A stretch of 64,000 nt of DNA, taken from NCBI GenBank assembly GCA_027313505.1, contig DAHVDN010000007.1, forward strand, positions 14,110-78,109, read 5' to 3'. Below, one piece after another: positions 55,186 through 64,000 of the stretch (the stretch's first letter is position 1; each line of letters begins with the position of its first letter). This stretch comes from Candidatus Dormiibacterota bacterium (lineage in GTDB: Bacteria > Chloroflexota > Dormibacteria > Aeolococcales > Bog-877). The notes beneath the pieces were generated by a model, which was given only the letters and a program-made list of their open reading frames with translations, was not told the DNA's origin and did not search any database. The position numbers were made by a program, and so were the translations under genes.

Positions 55186-56031
55186 TCAGATCTCGCGGCA
55201 GCGAAAGCTCCAGAGGGCGATACCCAGCACCACCAGGAGCCAAATCCCCACCCAAGCAAGGTACCCAACGGTGGGTCCGGAGCTCACCTGAAACGTCGAC
55301 CCGAAACCTCTACTTGCGGCCAATACCGAACTCAAGGGCTCAATCGCGAATACCGCGGCCCGCCAGAGACCATCGGTGGGAAGCAGGAAGTGGGTGACCA
55401 CACCCACGTCGGCGATCGGCTGATTGTGGAAGAACTCACCGAAGGCACCGGCCACTCCTCCAAGCCACATGGTGCCAAAGGCGATCACCGAAATGACCCC
55501 CGCGGTGATCGCCGAAACCCGGGTGCTGAGGGCAAGGGTGAACGTCAGCAGAATCAGCCCCTCGACCAGCAAAGAAGCCTCAGCGACAGCCATCTGCCGA
55601 GGGAGGTATCCGGTGGTCCAGTCGACCAGCAGGAACTCGGCGGTGGTCGACGCCGATGCGTACATCCCGATCGGGACCGCCAATCCAAACCACCGGCCCA
55701 GAAGCAATTCCTCCCGTCGTACAGGGCGCGAGAGCAGGGCCTGCGCTATCCCCGACTCGAGATCACCTGCTATGGAGGGCGCGGCCAGGAATGCACAGGT
55801 CAGGGCCAGCACAAAGCTGAACATGAACATGACCAGCAACAGCAGCTGGGAAGAGGCGAGCTGGACCTCTCCCGGGGTCAGCGGGGAGCCCCCGATATAG
55901 AGGTCATGTACGCGTGAGAAGCCCCAGGCGGTGATTCCGATCACGATCGCCGTCAGTGACAGCAGGGCTAGTACCAAGCGACGGCGGAGCAGCTCTCTGA
56001 AGGTGAGGCGGGCGATGACCAGGGTTGTCAC
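55186..56031 (-). CDS. ABC-2 type transporter permease
   Basis: Six TM segments; ATGA overlap with the ATPase gene. Confidence 0.8.
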   Translation of the reverse strand: MTTLVIARLTFRELLRRRLVLALLSLTAIVIGITAWGFSRVHDLYIGGSPLTPGEVQLASSQLLLLVMFMFSFVLALTCAFLAAPSIAGDLESGIAQALLSRPVRREELLLGRWFGLAVPIGMYASASTTAEFLLVDWTTGYLPRQMAVAEASLLVEGLILLTFTLALSTRVSAITAGVISVIAFGTMWLGGVAGAFGEFFHNQPIADVGVVTHFLLPTDGLWRAAVFAIEPLSSVLAASRGFGSTFQVSSGPTVGYLAWVGIWLLVVLGIALWSFRCREI

Positions 56032-56969
56032 TCCTTATCCCCCACCAGTTCCAGAAATCGCTCCTCCAAAGTCTGCTGTCCGGGATCGACCACTTGAATC
56101 TGACCGCCGGCAGCGACAACGGCCGACACGAGCGCCGGTACCCGGTCTCGGGGGAGCCCCCGGACCGTGAGCCAGCCCTCGGCAAAATGCGAAGCGCCGA
56201 AGCGGGCCAGACCAGCCAACGCCTCGGGCCCAAGGTCTGAGCATTGGATCCGAACACGAGGCCCCGCCAGCAACTGGGGAAGGCTGCCCTCGGCGACGAC
56301 ACGCCCATGATCCACCACCGCTACTCGGTCGCAGATCTGCTCAACCTCCGACAGCAGGTGCGAGTTGAGGAAGACCGCTACCCCACGACGCTTCAGCGCC
56401 CTCAGCACCTCCCGGACATCGTGGCGGCCGACCGGATCCAGCGCTGAGGTCGGCTCGTCCAAGAGCACGAGATCAGGTTTCCCAAGCAGAGCCACCGCCA
56501 ATCCCAGCCTCTGTTGCATTCCCTTCGATAAGGTGTCCACGTGATCTTCGGAGCGCCCATCGAGCCCCACCAGCTCGAGGGCTGACTGGATCTCCGAGCG
56601 CCGTGAGCCGCGCTCGATGCCCGCCAGCTCGCAATGAAGCCGGAGCACCTCTCCGGCCCGCAGCCAACCCTGGTAGCGGAACAGCTCAGGCAGGTAACCG
56701 ATGCGACGGCGAGCCTCCAGCGAACCAAGCGGAAAGCCCAGCACCATGCCTTCCCCAGATGAAGCTCTGGCTAGCCCCAACATGAGCCGCACAGCGGTGG
56801 TCTTCCCCGCGCCATTGGGACCGAGGAATCCGAAGACCTCGCCTCGCGGGACGGTCATGTTGAGTCCCGCCAGGGCGACGGTGCTGCCGTAGTGCTTGGT
56901 GAGCCCCGACAGGTGGATCGCCGGGCTGGCTAAGTCAGCGCCTGGGTTGTCGCCGGAACTCTCCCTCAC
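56028..56969 (-). CDS. ABC transporter ATP-binding protein
   Basis: Walker A GPNGAGKTT, signature LSKGMQQRL, Walker B LVLLDEPTSALD. Confidence 0.9.
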   Translation of the reverse strand: MRESSGDNPGADLASPAIHLSGLTKHYGSTVALAGLNMTVPRGEVFGFLGPNGAGKTTAVRLMLGLARASSGEGMVLGFPLGSLEARRRIGYLPELFRYQGWLRAGEVLRLHCELAGIERGSRRSEIQSALELVGLDGRSEDHVDTLSKGMQQRLGLAVALLGKPDLVLLDEPTSALDPVGRHDVREVLRALKRRGVAVFLNSHLLSEVEQICDRVAVVDHGRVVAEGSLPQLLAGPRVRIQCSDLGPEALAGLARFGASHFAEGWLTVRGLPRDRVPALVSAVVAAGGQIQVVDPGQQTLEERFLELVGDKE

Positions 56970-57909
56970 CGCCGCCAGCTCAGACTCATTGAAGGCTCCT
57001 CAGCATCAGCACAGTCCTTTCAGCTCCAGCAGTTCCCGCGCCCGCATCCATCAGGCCCGGGGCCCGCAACACCCCAGTTGAGAACGGCCCGCCGGAATCG
57101 GCCGCTGCCTGATGACGCCTGCCGGCGCCTTGGGGATCCAGGTTAGCGACCACCGGCAGTGCTCCATCTGCGCGACTGTCGGACGGGGGTGGTAAACGAG
57201 GGGGGGCACCCTCGCCACGAGGGTCGGTTCCTGGGACGGTCGGCCGGGCCGAAGGCGAAGGTGACCGTCACTCGGGGACCCTGATGTTGGTTAGCTGTTA
57301 GTGGGATTCCGGTGAGAATTTGGGCTGGAAGCGGGAGGTTGGTACCGGGTCGACCTTCGGCGGCTCCGAAGCTCGAATGGCGCACCACTGCTGGGATGAC
57401 AGACTTCATGACCCGGCCGAGGTCCGACATGCGCGGCAGCGCGAGCAGCTCGACGATAGGAGACCTGTACCAGCTCCTGGGACCGGTCGGCAGGGCCTAG
57501 TTGGCCTTGGTTCGCCCATAGTCCGCGCCTTTGGGTTCACCGTATCGAGAGCACAACAATCCCGCGCGAAGTGTCGGGCCGAAATGTATCAGCCGATCGC
57601 GGCGACAGAGGAGAACGGCGCTGGGCTGACGGTCCTGCCACCAGCGCCCCGTCTTGACCGGTTGGCCCGCAATCCGGCACGGCGCCGGTCAACTGTCAAC
57701 CCCCCTCGGGAGCCAATTCTGGTACCCCTTCCAAACTCCGGGTCGCTTCGCCGGCTGCAAAGACGTGGATTCGTGCACGCTCGGACGCGGCCCGTCGGCT
57801 GTGGAGAGGATGACGAGGAAGCGAAGATCCGGCGACGGGACTGGAGCGAGGCTGTATCTCCACCTTCAAAGGCTGTTACGAGAGGGGCAAAAGGACGTAC
57901 GATTCGCCG

Positions 57910-58500
57910 GTGAGCACCCGATTCGCCTCCAAAGCACGACCCGAACGCCAGAGTAGCCTGATTTCCCTTCCGGGACGACTCATCGCCCGGTATCGCGAGA
58001 CGGCGGCCGATAGGCCAGACGAGGAGATCAACCTGCGGGTACTGACCTCCTTCGTCGCGACCTTCACGGGGGTTCGGATAATCACCCATGGCATTCGGGG
58101 AAATTGGCTGCCTCTCAAGAACATTCAGCTCGGCGGCAGCAAGGGATCTCATCCCCTACATATTCATCACCTGGTTTGGGGGATTCTCATCCTCACCGGG
58201 TGTGGGTATGGGACCTTGCTTCGCGCCGAGCCGAAGTGGCGACGGCGCCTCTCCCCGCTGTATGGGGCCGGAGTCGCTCTCACCTTCGACGAATTCGCGC
58301 TCTGGCTGAGGCTGGAGGACGATTACTGGAGCGCCGACGGTCGAGCGAGTGTCGACGCCGTGGTCCTCCTTAGCTCCCTTTTTGCGCTGGCAGTGGCGTC
58401 ACCGCTCTTTTGGCAACGTGCCCTCGACGAGGTGGCCAGAACCGCCGCCCCCATCGGGTTATCCGGCAAGAATCGGGGCTCTGTCCCCCAGGGCGCTTGA
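57910..58500 (+). CDS. Hypothetical integral membrane protein
   Basis: GTG start; hydrophobic segments and a His cluster HPLHIHHLVWGILIL; family not recognised. Confidence 0.4.
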   Translation: MSTRFASKARPERQSSLISLPGRLIARYRETAADRPDEEINLRVLTSFVATFTGVRIITHGIRGNWLPLKNIQLGGSKGSHPLHIHHLVWGILILTGCGYGTLLRAEPKWRRRLSPLYGAGVALTFDEFALWLRLEDDYWSADGRASVDAVVLLSSLFALAVASPLFWQRALDEVARTAAPIGLSGKNRGSVPQGA

Positions 58501-58533
58501 GCGCCCTGCCCACCGTCACATGAGGTAGCAGCG

Positions 58534-59661
58534 GTGCCAGACGAGTTTCTCACCATCGATCAAGTAGCACAGCGGCTGGCCCTGCCTCCAGAGATGATCC
58601 GCCGTCGGATCGAGTCGGGAGACATTCCTGTCCACTGGGTGGAGTCGGACGGCAAGCTTGAGATGCGGGTCGCGGCCGACGACGTCGGTGGGTCGCCGCC
58701 ACCGTCTCCCACCTTCGATCGGCCAGTCGGACAACCCGGGCCGGTTGATGAACTTCGGCCGGTCGCTGGAGAGCCCGCAGCCGAAGAGTGGGCAGATCCG
58801 GACGAGACCGAGTACCCCCAGGGCCTCTGGACGCCGGTCGAGGAAGCTCCGATCGCGGAGATGAGCCCTTGGGAGGCGAGCACTGTCGGGGAGACGCCGG
58901 TGGCGGAGCAGGAGCCCCCGGTGGTACCGGTTTGGCGCCCCGATCCCGAGACGTGGGAGGATGAACCGCTTGGGGAGGTCGCGACTGCGGAGGTGAATTT
59001 CTCGCAACCCACCGCCGACCCGTACTTTGGTTCGAGCGCGTTCCAGGCTGAGTCTCCCGCAGAAGAGGAGCCCGAGACGGAGCCCGAGGTGGAGTCCGGT
59101 GAGGAGCCATCGGAGCCGGAGGGCGAACCAATCCCGACGCCCGAGTCGGCGTTCTTCATGCCTGAACCCGATCCGCTTCCTTTCTCCGCTCCGCCGGCGC
59201 CAGCATTCGGCTTCGAACCGGCGACGGCGTACGAGGATTTGTCCGAGGAGACGACTCAGTACGAGGAGCCGGTCAGCCCAGTCATGGAGCAGACTGTGGC
59301 TCCCGAACCTCCTCCACTCGCCGAGGAGGTCTCAGCACCTTCGGCGGTGATCACCTCCCAGGCCGGGGGAGCTGGATCGCTGGCGATCAACTCAATCGAC
59401 GCCCGGGAGCTGGTGGCCGGCCTGTTCGAGCGATGGGAGAGGGCGCTGGAACAGCGCATCCAGGCGGAGCAACGACTTCGCTTCGAGGCCGAACTGGAGC
59501 AAAGGATGAGGCAGGTTCGTGACCTTCGTCAGGAGCTCGACCAGTCCAGGAAGACTCAGGCCGCCCAGCAGGCGGAGCAGGAGCGAGAGCTGATGGATCT
59601 GCGCAACAAGGTCCGGGAGTTGGAGCAGGCACCGCGAAGTCGCGGGCTGTTCCGCCGATAG
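58534..59661 (+). CDS. HTH (MerR/excisionase-like) DNA-binding protein with long acidic Pro-rich disordered region and C-terminal coiled coil
   Basis: N-terminus LTIDQVAQRLALPPEMIRRRIESGDIP; about 230 aa of E/P-rich linker; C-terminus ERALEQRIQAEQRLRFEAELEQRMRQVRDLRQELD. Confidence 0.6.
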   Translation: MPDEFLTIDQVAQRLALPPEMIRRRIESGDIPVHWVESDGKLEMRVAADDVGGSPPPSPTFDRPVGQPGPVDELRPVAGEPAAEEWADPDETEYPQGLWTPVEEAPIAEMSPWEASTVGETPVAEQEPPVVPVWRPDPETWEDEPLGEVATAEVNFSQPTADPYFGSSAFQAESPAEEEPETEPEVESGEEPSEPEGEPIPTPESAFFMPEPDPLPFSAPPAPAFGFEPATAYEDLSEETTQYEEPVSPVMEQTVAPEPPPLAEEVSAPSAVITSQAGGAGSLAINSIDARELVAGLFERWERALEQRIQAEQRLRFEAELEQRMRQVRDLRQELDQSRKTQAAQQAEQERELMDLRNKVRELEQAPRSRGLFRR

Positions 59662-59713
59662 GAAGGGGTCGTCGGCCCTGATCCGGCGGCCGGATCGGGG
59701 CCTCTCCGCGGGA

Positions 59714-61501
59714 ATGGCTAGCTCCACTGACGTCGAGACCATCAAGGCCCGGCTCAACCTCGTTGAGGTCATCGAGGGATACGTCCGTCTGCAGAGGGCT
59801 GGCCGCGAGTACAGGGGGCTGTGTCCCTTCCATAAGGAACGCAGCCCCTCCTTCTACGTAAACCCCGAAAAGCAACTGTGGAACTGCCATGGTTGCCAGC
59901 TCGGGGGTGACCTGATCAAGTTTGTGGAGCTCATCGATCACACCGATTTCCGCGGCGCACTGGAGGAGCTCGCCAAGAGGGCCGGAGTGGAGCTGTCGCC
60001 GCTGGAGCAGATGTCCCCAGCTCAGCGCAGGCAGGTGCGGCTCCGCGAGAGCTCCCTGCGCCTGAACCAAATGGCGGCTGATTTCTATCACGAGGTCCTG
60101 CTTCACCACCAGGCGGGAGCACCGGGCCGAGACTTTCTTAAGGCCCGCGCGGTAACGGAAGATGATATATCCAGTTTCCACCTGGGCTATGCGCCTCAGG
60201 GGAGCCGCCGCGACAACCTCGTTCGGTACCTGGTCAAACGCCAGGCGACCGGCGAGGAGATCGTCGCCGCAGGGCTGGCGGGTGCCCGCCAGGGATTGAC
60301 CGATTTCTTCAGGAGGCGCCTCATAATCCCAATCCGGGACGAGCGCCAGCGCTGGGTCGGCTTCGGGGGCCGAGCGCTGGGGGAAGACCAACCGAAGTAT
60401 CTGAACACCAGATCCACCGGACTATTCGACAAGTCCCGGGTGCTCTTCGGCATGGACAGGGCGGTGGCGGCCATCGGGAGGGAACGGCGCGTGGTTCTGA
60501 TGGAGGGCTACTTCGACGTCATCGGGGCTCACCGCAGCGGAGTGGCCACGGCTGTTTCCACCTCCGGAACCGCGCTCACAGAGACCCAGGTGCTGCTCCT
60601 GCGTCGTTTCGCCGACGAGGTGATCCTTTGCTTCGATGGCGACGCCGCGGGGCAGAAAGCCGCCAGACGCGCCGTGGACCTCTGCGGCGGGGCTGGCCTG
60701 ATCTGCCGGCTGGTGCTGCTGCCGGATGGTGTCGATCCAGACGATCTCAGCCGCACGGCTCCCGATCAGTTGAGAAGGATGCTCGACGATGCCGCTCCCG
60801 CATGGGAGGTACTCATAGACCAGGCTCTGGGAGACAGCTCGTCGCAGTCCGGCTCGCAACGGCAGGAAGCCCTGCGCCGCTGTATGGCCATTCTGGCCAA
60901 GATCCCCGAGGCCAGTATCAGAGAGCTCTACGCGGAGCGGGTGGGTCGCCGGTTGGGACTGGCCCACGGACGTATTCTGGAGGATGTGGAGCGAGGGGCC
61001 AAGGGGCTGGCAGGAGTTCCTGGTTTGGAAGTCGCCAGGGCTGGGAAAGGTGCAATGGGCGCGTCTGCCCATTTGCTGGGACTGCTGTTGGGGCGGTCAG
61101 AACTCGCTTCGGAGGTCAGAGATCGCTATCAGGTCACGCGTGGCGACTTCCCTGATAGGGAGGATGGGGAGCTGTACGCTGCAATCTGCGAAGCGCTTCC
61201 TGGCAGACCTGACCCCGCGGCGTTACCACCCAATCTTTCCCAACGGTTGGCGGAGGTTGAAGGAGCAGAGCTTCCAGAGCTGGAGGAGCCAACCGGCAGC
61301 CCACGTGTGCAACGGGCATTGGAGGACTGCGTGAGGGTCATTCGAATCGAGGTGGGCGAAGCCACCATAGCCGATCTGCAGGGCAAGCTGACCGGGCTGG
61401 GACATCACCGAGCGGGGTCGTCGCCAGCCCTGGTAGCCGAGATTGAGGCGGTGCGCCGAAGGATTGAACAGTTGCGCCGCAGTGACGGATTGGAGTCCTG
61501 A
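59714..61501 (+). CDS. dnaG: DNA primase
   Basis: Zinc ribbon [14 protein letters not shown]...CHGC; TOPRIM domain EGYFDV...CFDGDAAG. Confidence 0.95.
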   Translation: MASSTDVETIKARLNLVEVIEGYVRLQRAGREYRGLCPFHKERSPSFYVNPEKQLWNCHGCQLGGDLIKFVELIDHTDFRGALEELAKRAGVELSPLEQMSPAQRRQVRLRESSLRLNQMAADFYHEVLLHHQAGAPGRDFLKARAVTEDDISSFHLGYAPQGSRRDNLVRYLVKRQATGEEIVAAGLAGARQGLTDFFRRRLIIPIRDERQRWVGFGGRALGEDQPKYLNTRSTGLFDKSRVLFGMDRAVAAIGRERRVVLMEGYFDVIGAHRSGVATAVSTSGTALTETQVLLLRRFADEVILCFDGDAAGQKAARRAVDLCGGAGLICRLVLLPDGVDPDDLSRTAPDQLRRMLDDAAPAWEVLIDQALGDSSSQSGSQRQEALRRCMAILAKIPEASIRELYAERVGRRLGLAHGRILEDVERGAKGLAGVPGLEVARAGKGAMGASAHLLGLLLGRSELASEVRDRYQVTRGDFPDREDGELYAAICEALPGRPDPAALPPNLSQRLAEVEGAELPELEEPTGSPRVQRALEDCVRVIRIEVGEATIADLQGKLTGLGHHRAGSSPALVAEIEAVRRRIEQLRRSDGLES

Positions 61502-62607
61502 TGGCGAGAGCGATGAAGCTGGCCATTCCCACCGCCCCGCCGCGCACGGAGGACTTAGTCAGGGCGGCGGAGCAGCTGATCCTGAAGGGAAAGGAGCAGG
61601 GTTTCCTCAGTCCCAATGAGATAGTTGAGCCATTTCCTGAGCTGGACACCGACCCAGACCAGATGGAGCGGCTTTTCGTCCTCTTCCGGGAGATGGGGAT
61701 CCTGGTGTCGGACGGGGACAAGGACTTCGACTCGGATGAGTCCGAGGACGAGATGTTGGCGTCCGACGCGGATGCCGTGTCATTGGACGACCCGGTGCGG
61801 ATGTATCTCAAAGAGATCGGGCGGGTGGCCCTGCTTAAGGCGGAGGACGAGGTCTATCTCGCCAAGCTGATCGAGCAAGGTGATGAGGACGCAAAGCACC
61901 GACTGACGGAGGCCAATCTGAGACTGGTGGTCTCCATCGCCAAGAAGTACATCGGTAGGGGCATGTCCTTCCTTGATCTGATCCAAGAAGGCAACATGGG
62001 CCTGATCCGGGCCGTTGAGAAGTTCGACTATCACAAGGGCTACAAGTTCTCGACCTATGCCACCTGGTGGATCCGACAGGCGATCACCCGAGCTATCGCA
62101 GATCAGGCGCGCACCATCCGGATCCCGGTCCACATGGTTGAGACCATCAATAAGCTGGTACGCATTTCGAGGCGCCTGCTGCAGGAGCTGGGTCGGGAGC
62201 CGGCAGATCCCGAAATCGGCGAGGAGATGGGTATCACCCCTGACCGGGTCAGAGAAATTGTCAAGGTTGCACAGGACCCGGTCTCCCTGGAGACCCCGAT
62301 CGGCGAGGAGGAGGACTCCCATCTCGGCGACTTCGTGCCCGACAGCGAGGCGGTGGCCCCCTCGGAGGCAGCCTCCCTCACCATGCTCCACACCGAGGTG
62401 GAGGACATCCTCGACACCCTCACCCCGAGGGAGCGGCGGGTGCTGCAGCTCCGCTTCGGCCTGATCGACGGCCACCAGCGCACGCTGGAGGAGGTGGGCA
62501 AGCGCTTCGGGGTCACCCGGGAGCGGATCCGGCAGATCGAGGCCAAGGCGCTGCGCAAGCTTCGCCACCCGTCCCGGAGCATCAAGCTCAAGGACTACTT
62601 GGAGTAG
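61501..62607 (+). CDS. rpoD: RNA polymerase sigma factor, sigma-70 group 1/2 (compact, no long region 1.1)
   Basis: Region 1.2 [11 protein letters not shown], region 2 [41 protein letters not shown], region 4 [19 protein letters not shown]. Its ATG overlaps the dnaG TGA by 1 nt. Confidence 0.95.
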   Translation: MARAMKLAIPTAPPRTEDLVRAAEQLILKGKEQGFLSPNEIVEPFPELDTDPDQMERLFVLFREMGILVSDGDKDFDSDESEDEMLASDADAVSLDDPVRMYLKEIGRVALLKAEDEVYLAKLIEQGDEDAKHRLTEANLRLVVSIAKKYIGRGMSFLDLIQEGNMGLIRAVEKFDYHKGYKFSTYATWWIRQAITRAIADQARTIRIPVHMVETINKLVRISRRLLQELGREPADPEIGEEMGITPDRVREIVKVAQDPVSLETPIGEEEDSHLGDFVPDSEAVAPSEAASLTMLHTEVEDILDTLTPRERRVLQLRFGLIDGHQRTLEEVGKRFGVTRERIRQIEAKALRKLRHPSRSIKLKDYLE

Positions 62608-63057
62608 CCACCAGGTCTGTGCGGGAGGACGGCTGCCCGCGGCTCGCAACCGCCCACCTGGTGCGTTTCTTGCGCTCTCGCAGAGTTCAGGCCCAAGGTT
62701 TCGGAGCCGACAAGCCAGAACTGGCGCGGTGACCTGATTCAGCCAGGCGTCAACTGCCTGCGCCAGACCGCCCTCCCCCGGGCTGACGGTCGCCCAGGTG
62801 TGGGCCGAGGCGGCGTGGAGCGACGGTTCAAGACCGCTGTCGCCCGCGCTCGAGGACCTGTCCCACCGCTTCTGACGCGGTCTCCGATCTTCGGAAGCCC
62901 CCTGGGGCTCATCCTGCCGGGGGCCGCAGCCCTACGGGGTCGGCGCTCCAGTGCTCGAGCATGGGATCGCCAATCCGCCAACCCTCTGGTTCCTGGTGGT
63001 GTTTGTGGTGGGTGAGATCGTGGCCGCCAGCGCCGCCACCGGAAGCGGACCCGAGAC

Positions 63058-64000
63058 TCAGCCCATCCAGCGATCGAACCAGGCGCAGGTCCGGGCGGCG
63101 AAGTCGGCCAGGGCCACGGCGTCGCGTACGCCGTGCCCCTCCTCAGGGTAGAGGGCCAGTTCGGTCTCGACCCCGGCGGCGAGCAGAGCCTCGTGGAACT
63201 CCACCGCCTGCCCGGGCGGAGTGCAACGGTCGAGCTGGCCTGCGGTGAGGAGGGTGGGGGTGCGCGACCTGCCGGCGAAAAACGCCGGGCTGCGATCGAA
63301 GTAGGGCCCCCCGGGACCCGGGCCCCCTACCCCCAGAAACTGGGCGTCGAAGTCCGGGATGTTGCTGGTGAAGTGCTGGCTGTACCAGTCGGTGACCGGG
63401 GATCCCGCGACCGCCGCGGCGAAGCGGTCCGTCCTGGTGGTTATCCAGCAGGCCATGTAGCCACCATGGCTCACCCCCAGGACGCCCAGACGTCGGGGGT
63501 CGGCGACGCCCTCGGCGACCAGGTGATCCAGGCCGGAGAGGTGGTCTTGGACCTCAGCCCCGCCATAGTCGCCAACCTCCAGCTCCAGGAAGTCCTGGCC
63601 GCGCCCGCAGCTGCCCCTCGGGTTGGGCATGAAGAGGGCATAGCCGCGGGCGGAGAGATAGGCGTAGTGGAGGAGGCCCCTCCCAGGCCACTCCGACTCC
63701 CAGCGGCCCACCGGGCCTCCGTGGACGGTGAGGACCGTGGGGTAGGGTCCGGATCCCTGCCGCGGCTCGACCAGCAGGCCGGAGATCTCCAGCCCGTCCG
63801 GGGCGGGCCAGGAGATCTCCCGGATGGTCCCGATCTGGCCCTTCAGCCACTCGAAGCCTGGATGGGAGAGGGAGACGATCTCCGATGCCCGGCCCTGATC
63901 CACCCGGGCCAGGATCGGCGGGGAACCCCAGGACTCCAGGGCCAGCAGCGCCCCGCCCTGGGGGTGAGGGGCGGCGGCGGGAGTGAACGGGCCCGAGGTG
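63058..64000 (-). CDS. S9-family serine peptidase (prolyl oligopeptidase / acylaminoacyl-peptidase-like), C-terminal catalytic domain; gene continues beyond window end
   Basis: GVSHGGYM (GxSxGG nucleophile elbow) and a downstream Asp/His region. The frame remains open upstream of the track start to position 64000. Confidence 0.8.
   Translation of the reverse strand, partial: TSGPFTPAAAPHPQGGALLALESWGSPPILARVDQGRASEIVSLSHPGFEWLKGQIGTIREISWPAPDGLEISGLLVEPRQGSGPYPTVLTVHGGPVGRWESEWPGRGLLHYAYLSARGYALFMPNPRGSCGRGQDFLELEVGDYGGAEVQDHLSGLDHLVAEGVADPRRLGVLGVSHGGYMACWITTRTDRFAAAVAGSPVTDWYSQHFTSNIPDFDAQFLGVGGPGPGGPYFDRSPAFFAGRSRTPTLLTAGQLDRCTPPGQAVEFHEALLAAGVETELALYPEEGHGVRDAVALADFAARTCAWFDRWMG

Noticed and set aside
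57290-57430. Possible cobalamin riboswitch
   Set aside because: Only partial matches to remembered B12-box elements (GGTGAGAAT, CCACTG) with several mismatches, and ~480 nt from the downstream start; not reported as a feature.
59387-60391. 334-aa minus-strand ORF, and 61780-62649 289-aa minus-strand ORF
   Set aside because: Antisense to dnaG and rpoD respectively.
62622-62647. Hairpin GCGGG-aggacggctg-CCCGC after the rpoD stop as an intrinsic terminator
   Set aside because: Short 5-bp stem with a long loop and no U-tract; too weak to call.

Overview
High-GC (~68%) bacterial chromosomal segment, densely coding on both strands. Content looks Actinobacteria-like: an F420-dependent LLM oxidoreductase, a heme A synthase with the CPGWPLCYG motif, Tat signal peptides and C50-type carotenoid genes. 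Taxon assignment is inference only. I call about 70 features. Recognisable blocks: (i) a MarR-linked carotenoid operon (two lycopene-cyclase-domain subunits, a UbiA prenyltransferase/elongase, a GT2 glycosyltransferase, crtI, crtB) that looks like a C50 carotenoid pathway; (ii) a minus-strand aa3 oxidase operon ctaC-ctaD-ctaA followed by small membrane proteins and an internally triplicated membrane protein; (iii) housekeeping genes (aconitase, leuS, pepA, birA, ppx, etfAB, dnaG-rpoD, a two-component system, an ABC-2 exporter) and four tRNAs (Arg-CCG, Ile-UAU, Asp-GUC, Ser-GCU). The most interesting locus is a tightly overlapped minus-strand operon at 42871-46772. It encodes two paralogous Tat-signal mini-proteins whose C-termini carry a conserved VHxTTGASG motif, which matches the ApbE flavinylation consensus. 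These are followed by ApbE itself, a di-haem ferric-reductase-domain membrane protein, a NuoF-like NADH/FMN/4Fe-4S flavoprotein and a small ferredoxin. I read this as a putative NADH-to-extracytoplasm electron conduit with unusually small flavinylated acceptors. All functional calls rest on motif recognition by eye; no database searches were possible.
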